From a bacterium (lineage in GTDB: Bacteria > Patescibacteriota > Microgenomatia > Curtissbacterales > GWA2-41-24), in contig JAKAJD010000003.1 of the NCBI GenBank assembly GCA_021813945.1, positions 45,193 through 109,192 on the forward strand: a stretch of DNA of 64,000 nucleotides. Direction: 5' to 3'. Positions 47,662 to 57,924 of the stretch are shown here, piece by piece. Under the pieces are notes generated by a model. That model did not search any database, was not told where the DNA came from, and saw nothing but the letters and a program-made list of their open reading frames with translations. Positions within the stretch are counted from its first letter, which is position 1, and every line of letters starts with the position of its first letter. A program made the translations under genes and the position numbers.

Positions 47662-47813
47662 TATGAAATTGAAAAACAATTTTTGGTGGTGCAAAACAAA
47701 CTGACCTTAGGTTGGTAGGTTTTGCGCGTCAAATTTTCAAAACTCACCAACCGGGTGAGTTTTTTTGTGGTTCGATACCTCACCATAAATAGAAAACTTT
47801 TGAAAGGAGGGAA
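47662..47813 (+). promoter_or_regulatory. Repeated leader element copy B preceding a small ORF and trpS
   Basis: Starts with TTGAAAAACA. GGTTGGTAGG at 47710, the terminator AACTCACC-AACC-GGGTGAGT+T7 at 47741-47766, a downstream CTCACC at 47779, then RBS AAGGAGGG and the ATG at 47814. Confidence 0.5.
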
Positions 47814-48044
47814 ATGGTAGAAAGAATCAGATTTGAAGGCATTGAGCATGAGGTTGTTGTGGATCGTTCTGACCCACATACCTGCCATGAGGCTGCAATA
47901 CATGCGTACGATCAACACAGGGCTATGCTGAATTTAAGTTCCGATGAGGGTTTGTCCTATCATTATGTCTATTCGATGTTGGGAGAACATAGACAGGTTT
48001 GTAAAGAGGGGGAAGATCAGGTGGAACATAAAGGAGATTATTAA
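47814..48044 (+). CDS. Hypothetical small His/Glu-rich protein (76 aa)
   Basis: Strong RBS. His-rich, with 'HTCHEAAIH' and 'HRQVCKEGE'. Confidence 0.4.
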   Translation: MVERIRFEGIEHEVVVDRSDPHTCHEAAIHAYDQHRAMLNLSSDEGLSYHYVYSMLGEHRQVCKEGEDQVEHKGDY

Positions 48045-48056
48045 TATAATGAATCC

Positions 48057-49058
48057 ATGAAGAAACGGATTTTAACGGGAGATCGGCCTACAGGTCGCTT
48101 ACATTTAGGCCATTATGTTGGATCACTGAGAAATCGAGTGAAGCTTCAAGACGAGTATGAAACGTTCATTATGGTTGCCGACGTGCAGGCTTTAACTGAC
48201 AACTTCGAACATCCGGAAAAGTTAAAAGAAAATATCCGCGAAGTGGTTTTAGATTATCTTTCGGTTGGAATAGATCCTGCCAAAGCGACGATTTTTGTGC
48301 AGTCGAAGGTTCCAGAAATTGCAGAGCTGACTGTTTTTTATATGAATTTGGTAACTTTGGCACGGCTTGAGAGAAACCCCACAGTCAAGGATGAAATGAA
48401 GCAAAAAGGGTATGGATCCAACGTGCCTTTGGGCTTTTTGGCTTATCCCGTTTCGCAAGCTGCGGACATTACATTTTTGAAGGCAGATTTGGTTCCGGTT
48501 GGGGTTGATCAGGTTCCGATGATCGAACAGACGAGAGAGATTGTGCGCAAATTCAACGAACTTTACGGCAAAGTACTTGTTGAGCCGGAAGCTTTAGTTG
48601 GGGAGGTTGAAAGGCTGCCCGGTACTGATGGAAAAGCAAAAATGAGTAAAAGCCTAGGAAACGTGATTAATTTGGCCGATGATTCTGAAACTATTAGGAA
48701 ACAAGTAATGGGAATGTTTACGGATCCAAATCGGGTACATGGAGATGAACCAGGAGAAACGGAGAAGAATCCGGTATTTGTCTACCTTAGGGCATTTGCT
48801 GATAGGGGACAAAGCGAAAAAGTTGCAGAGATAGAAAGTAAGTACAAAAAAGGTGATATCAAAGATGTTGAGGTTAAGGAGTTTTTGGTCGAGGTTTTGG
48901 AGGAATTTTTAGAACCAATCAGAAAAAAAAGGGAAGAATTTGAAAGACAAAAGGATTTAGTAGATAGGATTCTTGAAGAGGGAACTCGAAAAGCAAGAGA
49001 AGAAGCAAAAAAGACTCTGGCCGAAGTAAAGCAGGCCATGAAGATTGATTACTTTTAA
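48057..49058 (+). CDS. trpS: Tryptophan--tRNA ligase
   Basis: 333 aa. HIGH-type 'TGRLHLGHY' and 'KMSKS' motifs. Confidence 0.9.
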   Translation: MKKRILTGDRPTGRLHLGHYVGSLRNRVKLQDEYETFIMVADVQALTDNFEHPEKLKENIREVVLDYLSVGIDPAKATIFVQSKVPEIAELTVFYMNLVTLARLERNPTVKDEMKQKGYGSNVPLGFLAYPVSQAADITFLKADLVPVGVDQVPMIEQTREIVRKFNELYGKVLVEPEALVGEVERLPGTDGKAKMSKSLGNVINLADDSETIRKQVMGMFTDPNRVHGDEPGETEKNPVFVYLRAFADRGQSEKVAEIESKYKKGDIKDVEVKEFLVEVLEEFLEPIRKKREEFERQKDLVDRILEEGTRKAREEAKKTLAEVKQAMKIDYF

Positions 49059-49109
49059 TTTCTATTTAGATTGCTGGCAATTTGGCTTTTGGAGTGATAA
49101 AATTGGCCT

Positions 49110-51101
49110 TTGACTATGGCAAAAAACGGAGAAGAAAAATCGAAGACTGATAATTCGTCTGGCAATAAAGGGGGTCTAAGAAAGCCGCCTATTCCTAAGA
49201 TGAAGATAATTAAGATGCGCAAATCGTCTTCATGGAGAGGATTTTTAATCTATGCAGTTTTGGGGATTATCATTTTCGCCTTTTTCGCATTAACTGCAAA
49301 CCCAACAAACAAATTTAACGAGGTTAAGCCGATTTCGACTGTTATTTCGGATATAAAAGACAGTAAAGTCAAAAGCATTGAGATTGACGGCAACAAACTC
49401 AATGTTACTTTACACGAAGGTCAGACCTATTCTTCTAGAAAAGAGGATAATCAATCGTTTTTTACAGCATTACAGGCAGCACAGGTTGATCCGAGCAAGG
49501 TTGGCATTGAGGTTAAAGACACAACGCTTTCCCAAGCATGGATTACAATTTTGACCACATTTTTGCCGCTGGGGATAATCATTATTTTCTTTTTCCTGAT
49601 ATTTAGACAGGCAAGGGAAGGGGCTTCTTCTGTTTTTTCGTTTGGGCAATCTCGCGCCAAACAGTTTTCCAGTGATATGCCAAAGGTGACTTTTGCAGAT
49701 GTCGCCGGGGTTGACGAGGCGAAGCAGGAATTACAAGAGGTCGTGGACTTTTTGAAGCATCCGGAAAAGTACCGGGCAATTGGTGCCAGAACACCAAAGG
49801 GTGTGCTTTTGGTTGGGCCGGCAGGAACCGGAAAGACACTTTTGGCCAGGGCAGTTGCCGGGGAAGCGGGAGTGCCGTTTTTCTCAGTTGCTGGATCGGA
49901 ATTCATGGAAATGCTTGTTGGAGTTGGAGCAGCCAGAGTACGTGACCTTTTCGGCCAAGCTAAAAAAGGCGCGCCGGCCATTATTTTTATAGACGAGATT
50001 GAATCAATAGGCAGAATGCGTGGCATGGGATTTTCTGGTGGGCACGACGAGCGTGAACAAACTTTGAACCAGATTCTTGTGGAAATGGACGGTTTTGCGC
50101 CAAACGACTCGGTAATGGTTATGGCTGCAACCAACAGACCCGATCTTCTTGATCCTGCACTGACTCGGCCAGGCAGGTTTGACAGGCGGGTTGCTTTGGA
50201 TTTGCCGGATATCGAAGGCAGAAAAGCGATTATCAAAATTCACATGAAGGGTAAACCGTTTGCCAAAGAGGTTGATATAGACAGACTTGCTTCCAGAACC
50301 GTTGGGTTTTCCGGAGCAGATCTAGCAAACATGTTAAACGAAGCGGCAATTTTGGCTGCACGGGATTCCAGAAAAGAAATAAATAACGTAGATTTGGAAG
50401 AGGCGGCAACGAAGGTAAAGCTCGGACCGCAAAGAAGAAGGATGCAATCTCAAGATGAAAAGAGACTGACTGCATATCATGAGGGTGGTCATGCAATAGT
50501 TGCACACTTTTTGCCGCATGTTGACCCGGTTCATCGGATATCGATAGTTGCTCGAGGAATGACAGGGGGTCACACGTTGGTGCCACCCTCGATCGATAGA
50601 TATACGGAAACAAAAACTAGGCTTGTTGAGCGAATTGCGACACTTATGGGTGGACGCGTTGCAGAGGAATTAGTTTCGGGTGAATACACAACCGGTGCAG
50701 CTTCAGATTTAGAAATTGCCTCAGGGATAGCCCGCGAAATGGTAACTGAGTTTGGCATGAGTGATTTAGGACCAACTGTCTTTTCGCCGAGAGCACAATA
50801 CGGACTTTGGCCGGGGCTTGGCGCTGAACAGCAGCAGGTATCACCGGATCTGGCGAGCAAAATAGACAAGGAAGTTACAAAACTAATTGATGCCGGTTAT
50901 AAAAATGCTAAAGAGGTTATTTTGAAAAACCGTGGGAAGTTGGATAGGGTTGCAGAAGCTTTGATAGAGCGTGAGACTTTGGAGCGCGACGATTTTGAAA
51001 AAATTGTAGGAAAGCCGACTTCAAACGGAGAGATTAAGTTTAGAGGAACAGCTGCCAAAATTGGAATTAAGATAAAACCTTCTAGAACTGCCCAAGCATA
51101 A
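49110..51101 (+). CDS. ftsH: ATP-dependent zinc metalloprotease FtsH
   Basis: 663 aa. N-terminal TM pair, AAA Walker A '[11 protein letters not shown]', second region of homology, zinc site 'HEGGHA'. Confidence 0.95.
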   Translation: MTMAKNGEEKSKTDNSSGNKGGLRKPPIPKMKIIKMRKSSSWRGFLIYAVLGIIIFAFFALTANPTNKFNEVKPISTVISDIKDSKVKSIEIDGNKLNVTLHEGQTYSSRKEDNQSFFTALQAAQVDPSKVGIEVKDTTLSQAWITILTTFLPLGIIIIFFFLIFRQAREGASSVFSFGQSRAKQFSSDMPKVTFADVAGVDEAKQELQEVVDFLKHPEKYRAIGARTPKGVLLVGPAGTGKTLLARAVAGEAGVPFFSVAGSEFMEMLVGVGAARVRDLFGQAKKGAPAIIFIDEIESIGRMRGMGFSGGHDEREQTLNQILVEMDGFAPNDSVMVMAATNRPDLLDPALTRPGRFDRRVALDLPDIEGRKAIIKIHMKGKPFAKEVDIDRLASRTVGFSGADLANMLNEAAILAARDSRKEINNVDLEEAATKVKLGPQRRRMQSQDEKRLTAYHEGGHAIVAHFLPHVDPVHRISIVARGMTGGHTLVPPSIDRYTETKTRLVERIATLMGGRVAEELVSGEYTTGAASDLEIASGIAREMVTEFGMSDLGPTVFSPRAQYGLWPGLGAEQQQVSPDLASKIDKEVTKLIDAGYKNAKEVILKNRGKLDRVAEALIERETLERDDFEKIVGKPTSNGEIKFRGTAAKIGIKIKPSRTAQA

Positions 51102-51115
51102 ATTTTGATTAAAAA

Positions 51116-51553
51116 ATGGCAGAAAGACAACGAATGCATTTGCATGAACTTGCGAGATTGATTCCGCGTGACACTGAGCGGAGGCTATTTGCTATGCGCT
51201 TCGTTGAGTCAATGGCTGATGTTGATTTTGAAGGTGTTGTTGTTTCAATGAGGAGGCATTCGATTAGAAGTGAAGGCGATCCATTGTTTTATGTGATTTC
51301 AATGAATAAGGATCCTGAAGTTGTTGATTGCTTAAGGCGAAAAGTCCAATGGATTATTGAAGGAACATGTTGCAGTGGTTTTCAACAAGAACAGTTAGGA
51401 AATGTAGGCGTTTTTAGTATGGCTGATTTTACCAGTTATAAAACACGTCATGAATTTGCTTTCGAGCCGGTCACTGTGCTTCTTGAGAAGGGTCCACAAA
51501 ATCTTTTGGCAACTCATATGCCTGGAACGATTTTAAACAATGATTTAAATTAA
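51116..51553 (+). CDS. Hypothetical protein (145 aa)
   Basis: ORF with coding-like composition. No motif recognised. Confidence 0.4.
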   Translation: MAERQRMHLHELARLIPRDTERRLFAMRFVESMADVDFEGVVVSMRRHSIRSEGDPLFYVISMNKDPEVVDCLRRKVQWIIEGTCCSGFQQEQLGNVGVFSMADFTSYKTRHEFAFEPVTVLLEKGPQNLLATHMPGTILNNDLN

Positions 51554-51565
51554 TTGTGCTAGAAT

Positions 51566-52516
51566 TTGGGCATGAATTCTTCAAGAGTCCTTCTGCTTGT
51601 TGATGGCAATAACCTCTTTCACCGTGCTTACCATGCTTTGCCGCCTTTGACCGATAAAACTGGGGAAAATGCAAATGCTGTTTTTGGATTTTCTAACATG
51701 ATTTTGAAAGCAATTGGCGAGGTCAAACCGGATTATATTGCGTGTGCTTTTGATACCAAGGCACCGACTTTTCGGCATGTTGAGTTTGAAGCATACAAGG
51801 CGCAAAGGGTCGCGCCTCCACCAGATCTTTATCCACAACTACCGAAGGTTAAATCTGTCCTTGATGCTTTTGGAATCAAATATTTCGAAAAGGCGGGATA
51901 TGAGGCGGACGATTTGTTGGCATCAATTGCGACAAAAGTCCTTACGGGTTCCGAGAGAATCAGCATCGTAATTTTGTCCGGCGACCGGGATTTGTTGCAA
52001 ATGGTGGACGGAAGTATAAAGGTTCAAATGCCCGGATGGAACCTGCAGACGACAACCCTATTTGGATCGGCTGAGGTTAGGGAAAAATACGGTTTGGAGC
52101 CGCATCAAATGGTTGATTATAAGTCTATGACGGGTGATCCTTCGGATAACGTGCCGGGAGTAGCTGGAATTGGCCCCAAAACCGCCTCAACTTTATTACA
52201 AAAATATCATACCCTTGAGGGGATTTATAAAAACTTAGACGAAATTGCTGAAAGTACAAGGGTGAAACTTCAAAAAGATAAAGAGGTGGCACTAGCTGCG
52301 AAAAAGCTGGTGGCTTTAGATACAGATGTAGATATGCGATTTACGATTTACGATTTACGATTTAAACCAGATTGGGAGAAGGTCAGAGTTGAATACGAAG
52401 ATCTTGGATTTAGATCAATAGTCAATAAGTTACCAGGGGCCAGTGACCAGAGACCAGAGAAGGTTTCCGAATCCAAATCAGAAAAGAAAAAGAGCGATCA
52501 ATTAGAGCTAATCTAA
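51566..52516 (+). CDS. Stand-alone 5'-3' exonuclease (Pol I N-terminal domain/FEN-like)
   Basis: 316 aa. 'LLLVDGNNLFHRAYHA', 'AFDTKAPTFRH', 'GYEADD', and the H3TH 'GVAGIGPKTA'. Contains a (CGATTTA)x3 tandem at 52337-52357. Confidence 0.8.
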   Translation: MGMNSSRVLLLVDGNNLFHRAYHALPPLTDKTGENANAVFGFSNMILKAIGEVKPDYIACAFDTKAPTFRHVEFEAYKAQRVAPPPDLYPQLPKVKSVLDAFGIKYFEKAGYEADDLLASIATKVLTGSERISIVILSGDRDLLQMVDGSIKVQMPGWNLQTTTLFGSAEVREKYGLEPHQMVDYKSMTGDPSDNVPGVAGIGPKTASTLLQKYHTLEGIYKNLDEIAESTRVKLQKDKEVALAAKKLVALDTDVDMRFTIYDLRFKPDWEKVRVEYEDLGFRSIVNKLPGASDQRPEKVSESKSEKKKSDQLELI

Positions 52517-53190
52517 TGAATTCCCAAATTAAAGCTGTAATTTTCGATTTCGACGGTTTACTGGTAAATACTGAAGAGTTAAGACTAATATCTTTTCAAC
52601 GCCTTCTCAAAAAATACAAAAAAAAGTTTAAAAGGCAAGATTATCTATTAAGCATGCTATCGAGGCATCCATTAAGCACGAGTGCTTTTTTAAAAGAAAA
52701 GTATCAGCTTGATGTAGGTTTGGAAAAGTTGCACAAGGAGAGACTGGAGATTTTTGATGAGTTATTTCATAAAAAACTTGTATTTAAAAAGGGTGCATTC
52801 GAACTTATTATTAAACTCAGAGACAAGTCAATAAAATGTGCAATCGCCACAGGTAGACGTAGATATTATATTGATGATGCCCTTAGTATGTTGGGTGTTG
52901 CTAAGCATTTTCAGGTTGTTGTTTCACCGGAAGATCTTATAAAAAGTGAAGGTAAACCTGATCCGGAGATATATTTAATTGCTGCTGAAAAGTTAGGTGT
53001 TGAACCTTGTGAATGCCTTGTTCTGGAGGATGCACCGCACGGGATAGAAGCGGCGAAAGCTGCGGGGATGAAGGCGATATACGTTCCGGATGCAAGATTT
53101 GTTGATACTTTCCACGAAAAAGCTGATCTAATTTTAAAAAACATGCATGAGCTGACAGACGAGGTCTTAGGGAGGTTAATCCATGGTTAA
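52516..53190 (+). CDS. HAD-superfamily hydrolase (beta-phosphoglucomutase-like subfamily IA)
   Basis: 224 aa. Motif I 'VIFDFDGLLVNTE', motif III K, motif IV 'LEDAPHGIEAAKAAG'. Confidence 0.8.
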   Translation: MNSQIKAVIFDFDGLLVNTEELRLISFQRLLKKYKKKFKRQDYLLSMLSRHPLSTSAFLKEKYQLDVGLEKLHKERLEIFDELFHKKLVFKKGAFELIIKLRDKSIKCAIATGRRRYYIDDALSMLGVAKHFQVVVSPEDLIKSEGKPDPEIYLIAAEKLGVEPCECLVLEDAPHGIEAAKAAGMKAIYVPDARFVDTFHEKADLILKNMHELTDEVLGRLIHG

Positions 53191-53815
53191 GGCGGTGATT
53201 TTCGACTTTGATGGGCTTCTTTTTAATACAGAACCGGTTTGGGGGAAAACGCATGACGAATTTTTAAAACAGCACGATTTTTCGGATGTTGATGTGGGTG
53301 ATACTACCGGGATTGGGCTTCGGGATTTTATTTTGCTTCTTAAAGGTGAAGGCTTGGCTGGTAAAACCGATGAGCTTTTGGAGGAGTATAGGAAAATTTT
53401 TTACGAAAAGATGAGAGATCAGCAGGATATTTTGATGCCAGGATCTTTGGAAATACTGGAAAAAGCTCGAAAAAATGGCTTAACAATTGCTTTAAATTCG
53501 GGAGGCCACACAGAGCTTAAGCTAAGGGAAATGTTGGGGAATGAGAATATTCTGGATTATTTTGCTGTGATTGTTTCTTCGGATGATGTTTCCCGCGGCA
53601 AGCCGGCACCCGGCGTTTATCTTGAAACATTAAAAAAACTTGGACTTGAGGCAGAGGTTTGTTTAGCGTTTGAGGATTCTATAAACGGGGTTAAGTCTGC
53701 GGTGGGGGCCGGTGTTTCTGTTTGGGGAATTAACGCTGATTCAGATTGGAGAAGTGATTTAATTAAAGCAGGAGCGGAAAAAGTTTATTCTAGTCTGGGG
53801 GAGGTAGAGCTATGA
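53183..53815 (+). CDS. HAD-superfamily hydrolase, tandem paralog
   Basis: 210 aa. 'VIFDFDGLLFNTE' and 'FEDSINGVKSAVGAG'. Overlaps the previous gene by 8 nt. Confidence 0.8.
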   Translation: MVKAVIFDFDGLLFNTEPVWGKTHDEFLKQHDFSDVDVGDTTGIGLRDFILLLKGEGLAGKTDELLEEYRKIFYEKMRDQQDILMPGSLEILEKARKNGLTIALNSGGHTELKLREMLGNENILDYFAVIVSSDDVSRGKPAPGVYLETLKKLGLEAEVCLAFEDSINGVKSAVGAGVSVWGINADSDWRSDLIKAGAEKVYSSLGEVEL

Positions 53816-54939
53816 AAGTCGCCTTAGTGCATGATTACCTGAATGAATTTGGCGGGGCGGAGCGAGTGCTTTTGGCGCTTTCGGAAATTTATCCCGATGC
53901 GCCGATTTATACGGCATTTTACCGTGAAGACTCACCTGCATATGAGCGCTTCAAGAAGAAAAAAATCATAACTTCGTGGGCGCAAAATGTGCCGTTTTTT
54001 GCTTCGAGGTTACATTCACCTTTAAGGTTTTTGGCGCCGATGGTTTGGGGAAATTTTGATTTTTCCAAGTTTGATGTTGTGATTGGGTCTAGCAGTTGGT
54101 ATGTCACAAAAGGATTTAAAAAAGGCAAAAAAACAGTTGAGATTTGCTACTGTCACACGCCGCCTAGGTATTTGTATGGATATCCCACAGCCTCAAGCCA
54201 AAAAGGAATCTTAATCAAAATTTATGCGGCATTGGTTAATCATTTTATGCGGGTTTACGATTTTGAAGCAGCGCAAAGAGTGGATTGGTTTATTGCCAAT
54301 TCAAAAGAGGTGACAGGGCGGATCAAGAAGTTTTACAGAAGGGATTCGACAGTGATTTATCCGCCGGTGGATGTTAGCAGGTTCGCGGGTCCTATCAGTA
54401 ACGGCGAATACTTTCTTGTAGTCTCAAGGTTAGTTGGGGCAAAAAACGTCGATTTGGCGGTAGACGTGTGTTCAAATTTAGGGCTCAAGCTTAAAGTAGT
54501 TGGGACCGGAAGAGACAAGGGGAAACTTGAAAGGATGGCCGGTGAAACAATTGAGTTTTTAGGTGATGTTGCCGATGAAGAACTGATAGGTTTATATCAA
54601 AATTGCCGCGCGTTGATTTTCCCCGCTTCACAGGAAGATTTCGGGATAGTGCCGGTTGAGGCAATGGCTGCAGGTCAGCCGGTGATTACTTTAGCGGAAG
54701 GTGGAGTTTTGGAATCGGTAATCGATTGGTCAGTTGGTGGGAAAGGGAAATGCACAGGTGTTTATTTTGACCCGGCAACAGCAGGATCTTTAACTTTGGC
54801 AATCAACAACTTCTTTAGTCTTGAGAAAAAAGGCTATTTCGATTCGGCATTCATCAAAAAACATGCTCAGAAATTTTCAAAAGAAAGATTTAAAGATGAG
54901 ATTAAGAAATTTGTAGCAAGTAAAGTCAAAAAAGCTTGA
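53812..54939 (+). CDS. Glycosyltransferase family 4
   Basis: 375 aa. 'MKVALVHDYLNEFGGAERV' N-terminus and a C-terminal 'FPASQEDFGIVPVEAMAAGQPVI' (ExFG...E) GT4 motif. Confidence 0.8.
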   Translation: MKVALVHDYLNEFGGAERVLLALSEIYPDAPIYTAFYREDSPAYERFKKKKIITSWAQNVPFFASRLHSPLRFLAPMVWGNFDFSKFDVVIGSSSWYVTKGFKKGKKTVEICYCHTPPRYLYGYPTASSQKGILIKIYAALVNHFMRVYDFEAAQRVDWFIANSKEVTGRIKKFYRRDSTVIYPPVDVSRFAGPISNGEYFLVVSRLVGAKNVDLAVDVCSNLGLKLKVVGTGRDKGKLERMAGETIEFLGDVADEELIGLYQNCRALIFPASQEDFGIVPVEAMAAGQPVITLAEGGVLESVIDWSVGGKGKCTGVYFDPATAGSLTLAINNFFSLEKKGYFDSAFIKKHAQKFSKERFKDEIKKFVASKVKKA

Positions 54940-55289
54940 AATTGTTCCTCTTTCGGGTTTAGGCTTAAAGTATGGGTGGTGGACCTGAATTCTTCTTTTT
55001 TGAGCTGCATGGTGAAATTGCACATTCTCCGAAAAAACCCAGAAGCTTAAATTTCGCAAGTACGAGACGTTTGCCCGGATGGACGGGTGATGAAAGTAGC
55101 GGGATTGAGTCGTCGCGAGAATTAAAACAAACAAAGTCTAATTTGGATCAAAAAAATGCTGGAAGTGGCATTCCAGACGGTCCAGTGGTTGACGTAAAGG
55201 AATGGAAACCTGAAAAGTTTGATCTTCTATTGAGAGATATTCATTAGATTTATCTCTTTTTAATTTCTGCTATACTTTTTTAGATTAAT

Positions 55290-56246
55290 ATGAGTTCAAA
55301 TCCAGTTTTGGAAGTTAAAAACTTGGTTAAAAGATTCCCTTCGTCTAAGAGAGATTCAAAGGGCAAAGGGTTTGTTGTGGCGGTTGACGGAATTTCTTTT
55401 AGTGTTAAAGAGGGCGAAATAGTTGGACTTTTGGGACCAAACGGTGCAGGAAAAACGTCAACAATCCAAATGCTTTTGGGGGTTTTATCGCCGACATCCG
55501 GTAGCATTTCTTATTTCGGTAAAGATTTTGCCAGAAACAGGGAAGAGATATTAGGGCAAGTTAACTTCTGTTCAAGCTACATTAGGTTGCCCTGGAGTAT
55601 GACGGTTTTTGAAAACATGGATGTTGCGGCTAGGCTCTATGGGGTTAAAAACCGTAAAGAAAGAATTGCAAAATTACTGGCAATTTTTGAGATCGAGGCG
55701 TTTAGCAACAAATCAGTCGCCTCACTTTCTGCAGGTCAGCTGATGAGAACGGTTTTGGCCAAATCATTTATCAATTACCCACGTGTACTTTTGTTGGATG
55801 AGCCTACAGCAAGCCTTGACCAGGATGTAGCAGACAGGGTGAGAGAATTTTTAGAGAAGGAGAGGAAGGATTTCAATATGTCGATGCTTTTGACTTCACA
55901 TAACATGCGAGAAGTAGAGAAATTGTGTGACCGGGTCATATTTTTGAACAAGGGAAAAATTTTGGAAATTGGTACTCCGGAAAAACTTGCAGCTAAATTA
56001 CAAACTGCTAAAGTTGAACTTTGGATTGAGAAAAACGAACAAAAAGCCAGTAAATTATTTAAGAAACTTAGGCTCAAAGTTGAAAAAGAAGGCAAATACA
56101 CTCGAGTAGAGGTCAAAGAAAAAGAAGTAGCAAATTTTTTGGTAGTTCTGGGACAAAACGGTGTTGATTACCGAGAAATTAACATTGACAGGCCGGATTT
56201 AGAAGACTTTTTCCTAAAAGCAGCTAGGGAGGGCAAAAATGTTTAA
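55290..56246 (+). CDS. ABC transporter ATP-binding protein (ABC-2 exporter type)
   Basis: 318 aa. Walker A 'GPNGAGKTS', signature 'LSAGQLMR', Walker B 'LLLDEPTASLD'. Confidence 0.9.
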   Translation: MSSNPVLEVKNLVKRFPSSKRDSKGKGFVVAVDGISFSVKEGEIVGLLGPNGAGKTSTIQMLLGVLSPTSGSISYFGKDFARNREEILGQVNFCSSYIRLPWSMTVFENMDVAARLYGVKNRKERIAKLLAIFEIEAFSNKSVASLSAGQLMRTVLAKSFINYPRVLLLDEPTASLDQDVADRVREFLEKERKDFNMSMLLTSHNMREVEKLCDRVIFLNKGKILEIGTPEKLAAKLQTAKVELWIEKNEQKASKLFKKLRLKVEKEGKYTRVEVKEKEVANFLVVLGQNGVDYREINIDRPDLEDFFLKAAREGKNV

Positions 56247-57027
56247 TTTTGGGATCGTTATGGCGGTTATTGTAAGGCATCTTTACAACTTTAGGCATAA
56301 CCTCGACAGAATTTTTGATTCTTTTTACTGGCCTGCGATGGACATCTTGCTTTTCGGTTTTACGAGCGTTTTTATAATGCAAAGATCTGGGAATATTCCT
56401 CAACTTGTAACGGTACTTCTTTCGGGGCTTATTCTTTGGACTATCGTATGGCGTGGGCAGTATGAGATTACGGTTAACTTGTTAGAGGAATTTTGGAACC
56501 AGAATTTGGTTAATCTTTTTGCTTCACCTTTGAGGGTTCGTGAGTGGATTCTTGCCGTTTTCATTTTAGGCTTTGCAAAGATGTTTATTGCTGTTGGTTT
56601 TTCGGCATTTCTGGCTTACGTTATTTTTAAAGCCAATGTTTTTGTGCTTAGCTTTTGGCTTATTCCTTTTATGGTTAGTTTGCTTTTAACAGGCTGGGCT
56701 TTCGGGCTTTTGGTGGGGGGCTTAATTGTCTACTATGGACACAAAATCCAGGTATTGGCATGGAGCGGAATATTTATTATTGTGCCTTTTTCCGGAGTTT
56801 ATTATCCTATTTCAACTTTGCCAAAGTTTGCTCAGAAAGTCGCAATGTTTTTGCCAACAAGCTACATTTTTGAAGGCATGCGTTCGATCATTTTCAAAGG
56901 TGTATTTGACTTTAAATCCCTTTACATAAGTTTAAGCTTAGACGGAGTACTTATTGCCTTGGGTATAATGTTTTTTGTCTTTATGTTTAATAAAAGCAAA
57001 GAGAAAGGGCTTGCCAGGTTGGAATAA
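56239..57027 (+). CDS. ABC-2 type transporter permease
   Basis: 262 aa, 6 TM. Overlaps the ATPase gene by 8 nt. Confidence 0.7.
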   Translation: MFNFGIVMAVIVRHLYNFRHNLDRIFDSFYWPAMDILLFGFTSVFIMQRSGNIPQLVTVLLSGLILWTIVWRGQYEITVNLLEEFWNQNLVNLFASPLRVREWILAVFILGFAKMFIAVGFSAFLAYVIFKANVFVLSFWLIPFMVSLLLTGWAFGLLVGGLIVYYGHKIQVLAWSGIFIIVPFSGVYYPISTLPKFAQKVAMFLPTSYIFEGMRSIIFKGVFDFKSLYISLSLDGVLIALGIMFFVFMFNKSKEKGLARLE

Positions 57028-57923
57028 TGCCGGAACTGCCGGAAGTCACAGTTATTGTTAATTCTTTAAACAAGGCCATTCGTGGCTTGGTTTTGGAGTC
57101 TGTGGAATACGACTGGAAGCCAAAGTTTTACTGGGGAAAGTTTTCGATAAAAGATTTAAAAGGATCAAAGGTAAAAGATGTTCGCAGACAAGGAAAGGTT
57201 ATTATTATTGATCTTTCAAACGGAATGTCGATTGTCATTCATCTTAAGTTGACGGGACAGTTAATTTATCAGGATAAAAAGATCAGGGTTTCCGGAGGGC
57301 ATCCGATTCCGCCATTAAATAAGCCTGTTCCAAACAGTACGACCCGGGTTACTTTTGCATTTACCAACGAAGGTCATTTGTATTTCAACGATATGCGCAA
57401 GTTTGGTTGGGTGAAGATTACCAAAAGTGATGAGGCATCTATAAAAGAGGCGATTGGCAAAGTTGAATTGGGACCGGATCCAATGGAAATGACGGAAACT
57501 GAGTTTTTGGATAGGATTAAAAAGAAGCCTCAACAAAGGATTAAAAAGCTTCTGATGGATCAGTCATTTGTGGCCGGAATCGGCAATATTTACAGTGATG
57601 AAGCACTTTGGAGAGCTAAAATTCATCCGAAAAGATCGATTGCCAGTTTATCTGATTCCGAAATTAAGGCGATTTTCAAAGGAATTCAAGACAGTTTCAA
57701 GCTGGCTATAGAAAAAGGCGGTTCGAGTGCCAATTCGTTTGTGGATGGACGTGGCGAGAAGGGGCTTTATTTGACGTTTGCCAAAGCTTATCATATGACA
57801 GGCAAACCATGCGCCCGTTGCGGAACAAAAATTGTCCGCCAAAAAATGGATGGCAGAAGCGCCCATTTTTGCCCCAAGTGTCAGGTCTTAACTAAGGAAA
57901 AACCTGCACTTAAGCTAATCTAG
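57027..57923 (+). CDS. mutM: Formamidopyrimidine-DNA glycosylase (Fpg/Nei family)
   Basis: 298 aa. N-terminal 'MPELPEV' (catalytic Pro2/Glu3), H2TH, and a C-terminal zinc finger 'CARCGTKIVRQKMDGRSAHFCPKCQ'. Confidence 0.85.
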   Translation: MPELPEVTVIVNSLNKAIRGLVLESVEYDWKPKFYWGKFSIKDLKGSKVKDVRRQGKVIIIDLSNGMSIVIHLKLTGQLIYQDKKIRVSGGHPIPPLNKPVPNSTTRVTFAFTNEGHLYFNDMRKFGWVKITKSDEASIKEAIGKVELGPDPMEMTETEFLDRIKKKPQQRIKKLLMDQSFVAGIGNIYSDEALWRAKIHPKRSIASLSDSEIKAIFKGIQDSFKLAIEKGGSSANSFVDGRGEKGLYLTFAKAYHMTGKPCARCGTKIVRQKMDGRSAHFCPKCQVLTKEKPALKLI

Positions 57924-57924
57924 A

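Noticed and set aside
47662-47813. Canonical T-box riboswitch upstream of trpS
   Set aside because: TTAGGTTGGTA resembles the T-box core, and trpS is a classic T-box target. However, the leader is only about 150 nt, lacks Stem I, a specifier loop and a K-turn, and lacks the ACCGCG part of the T-box. It is better described as a novel attenuator-like repeat until tested.
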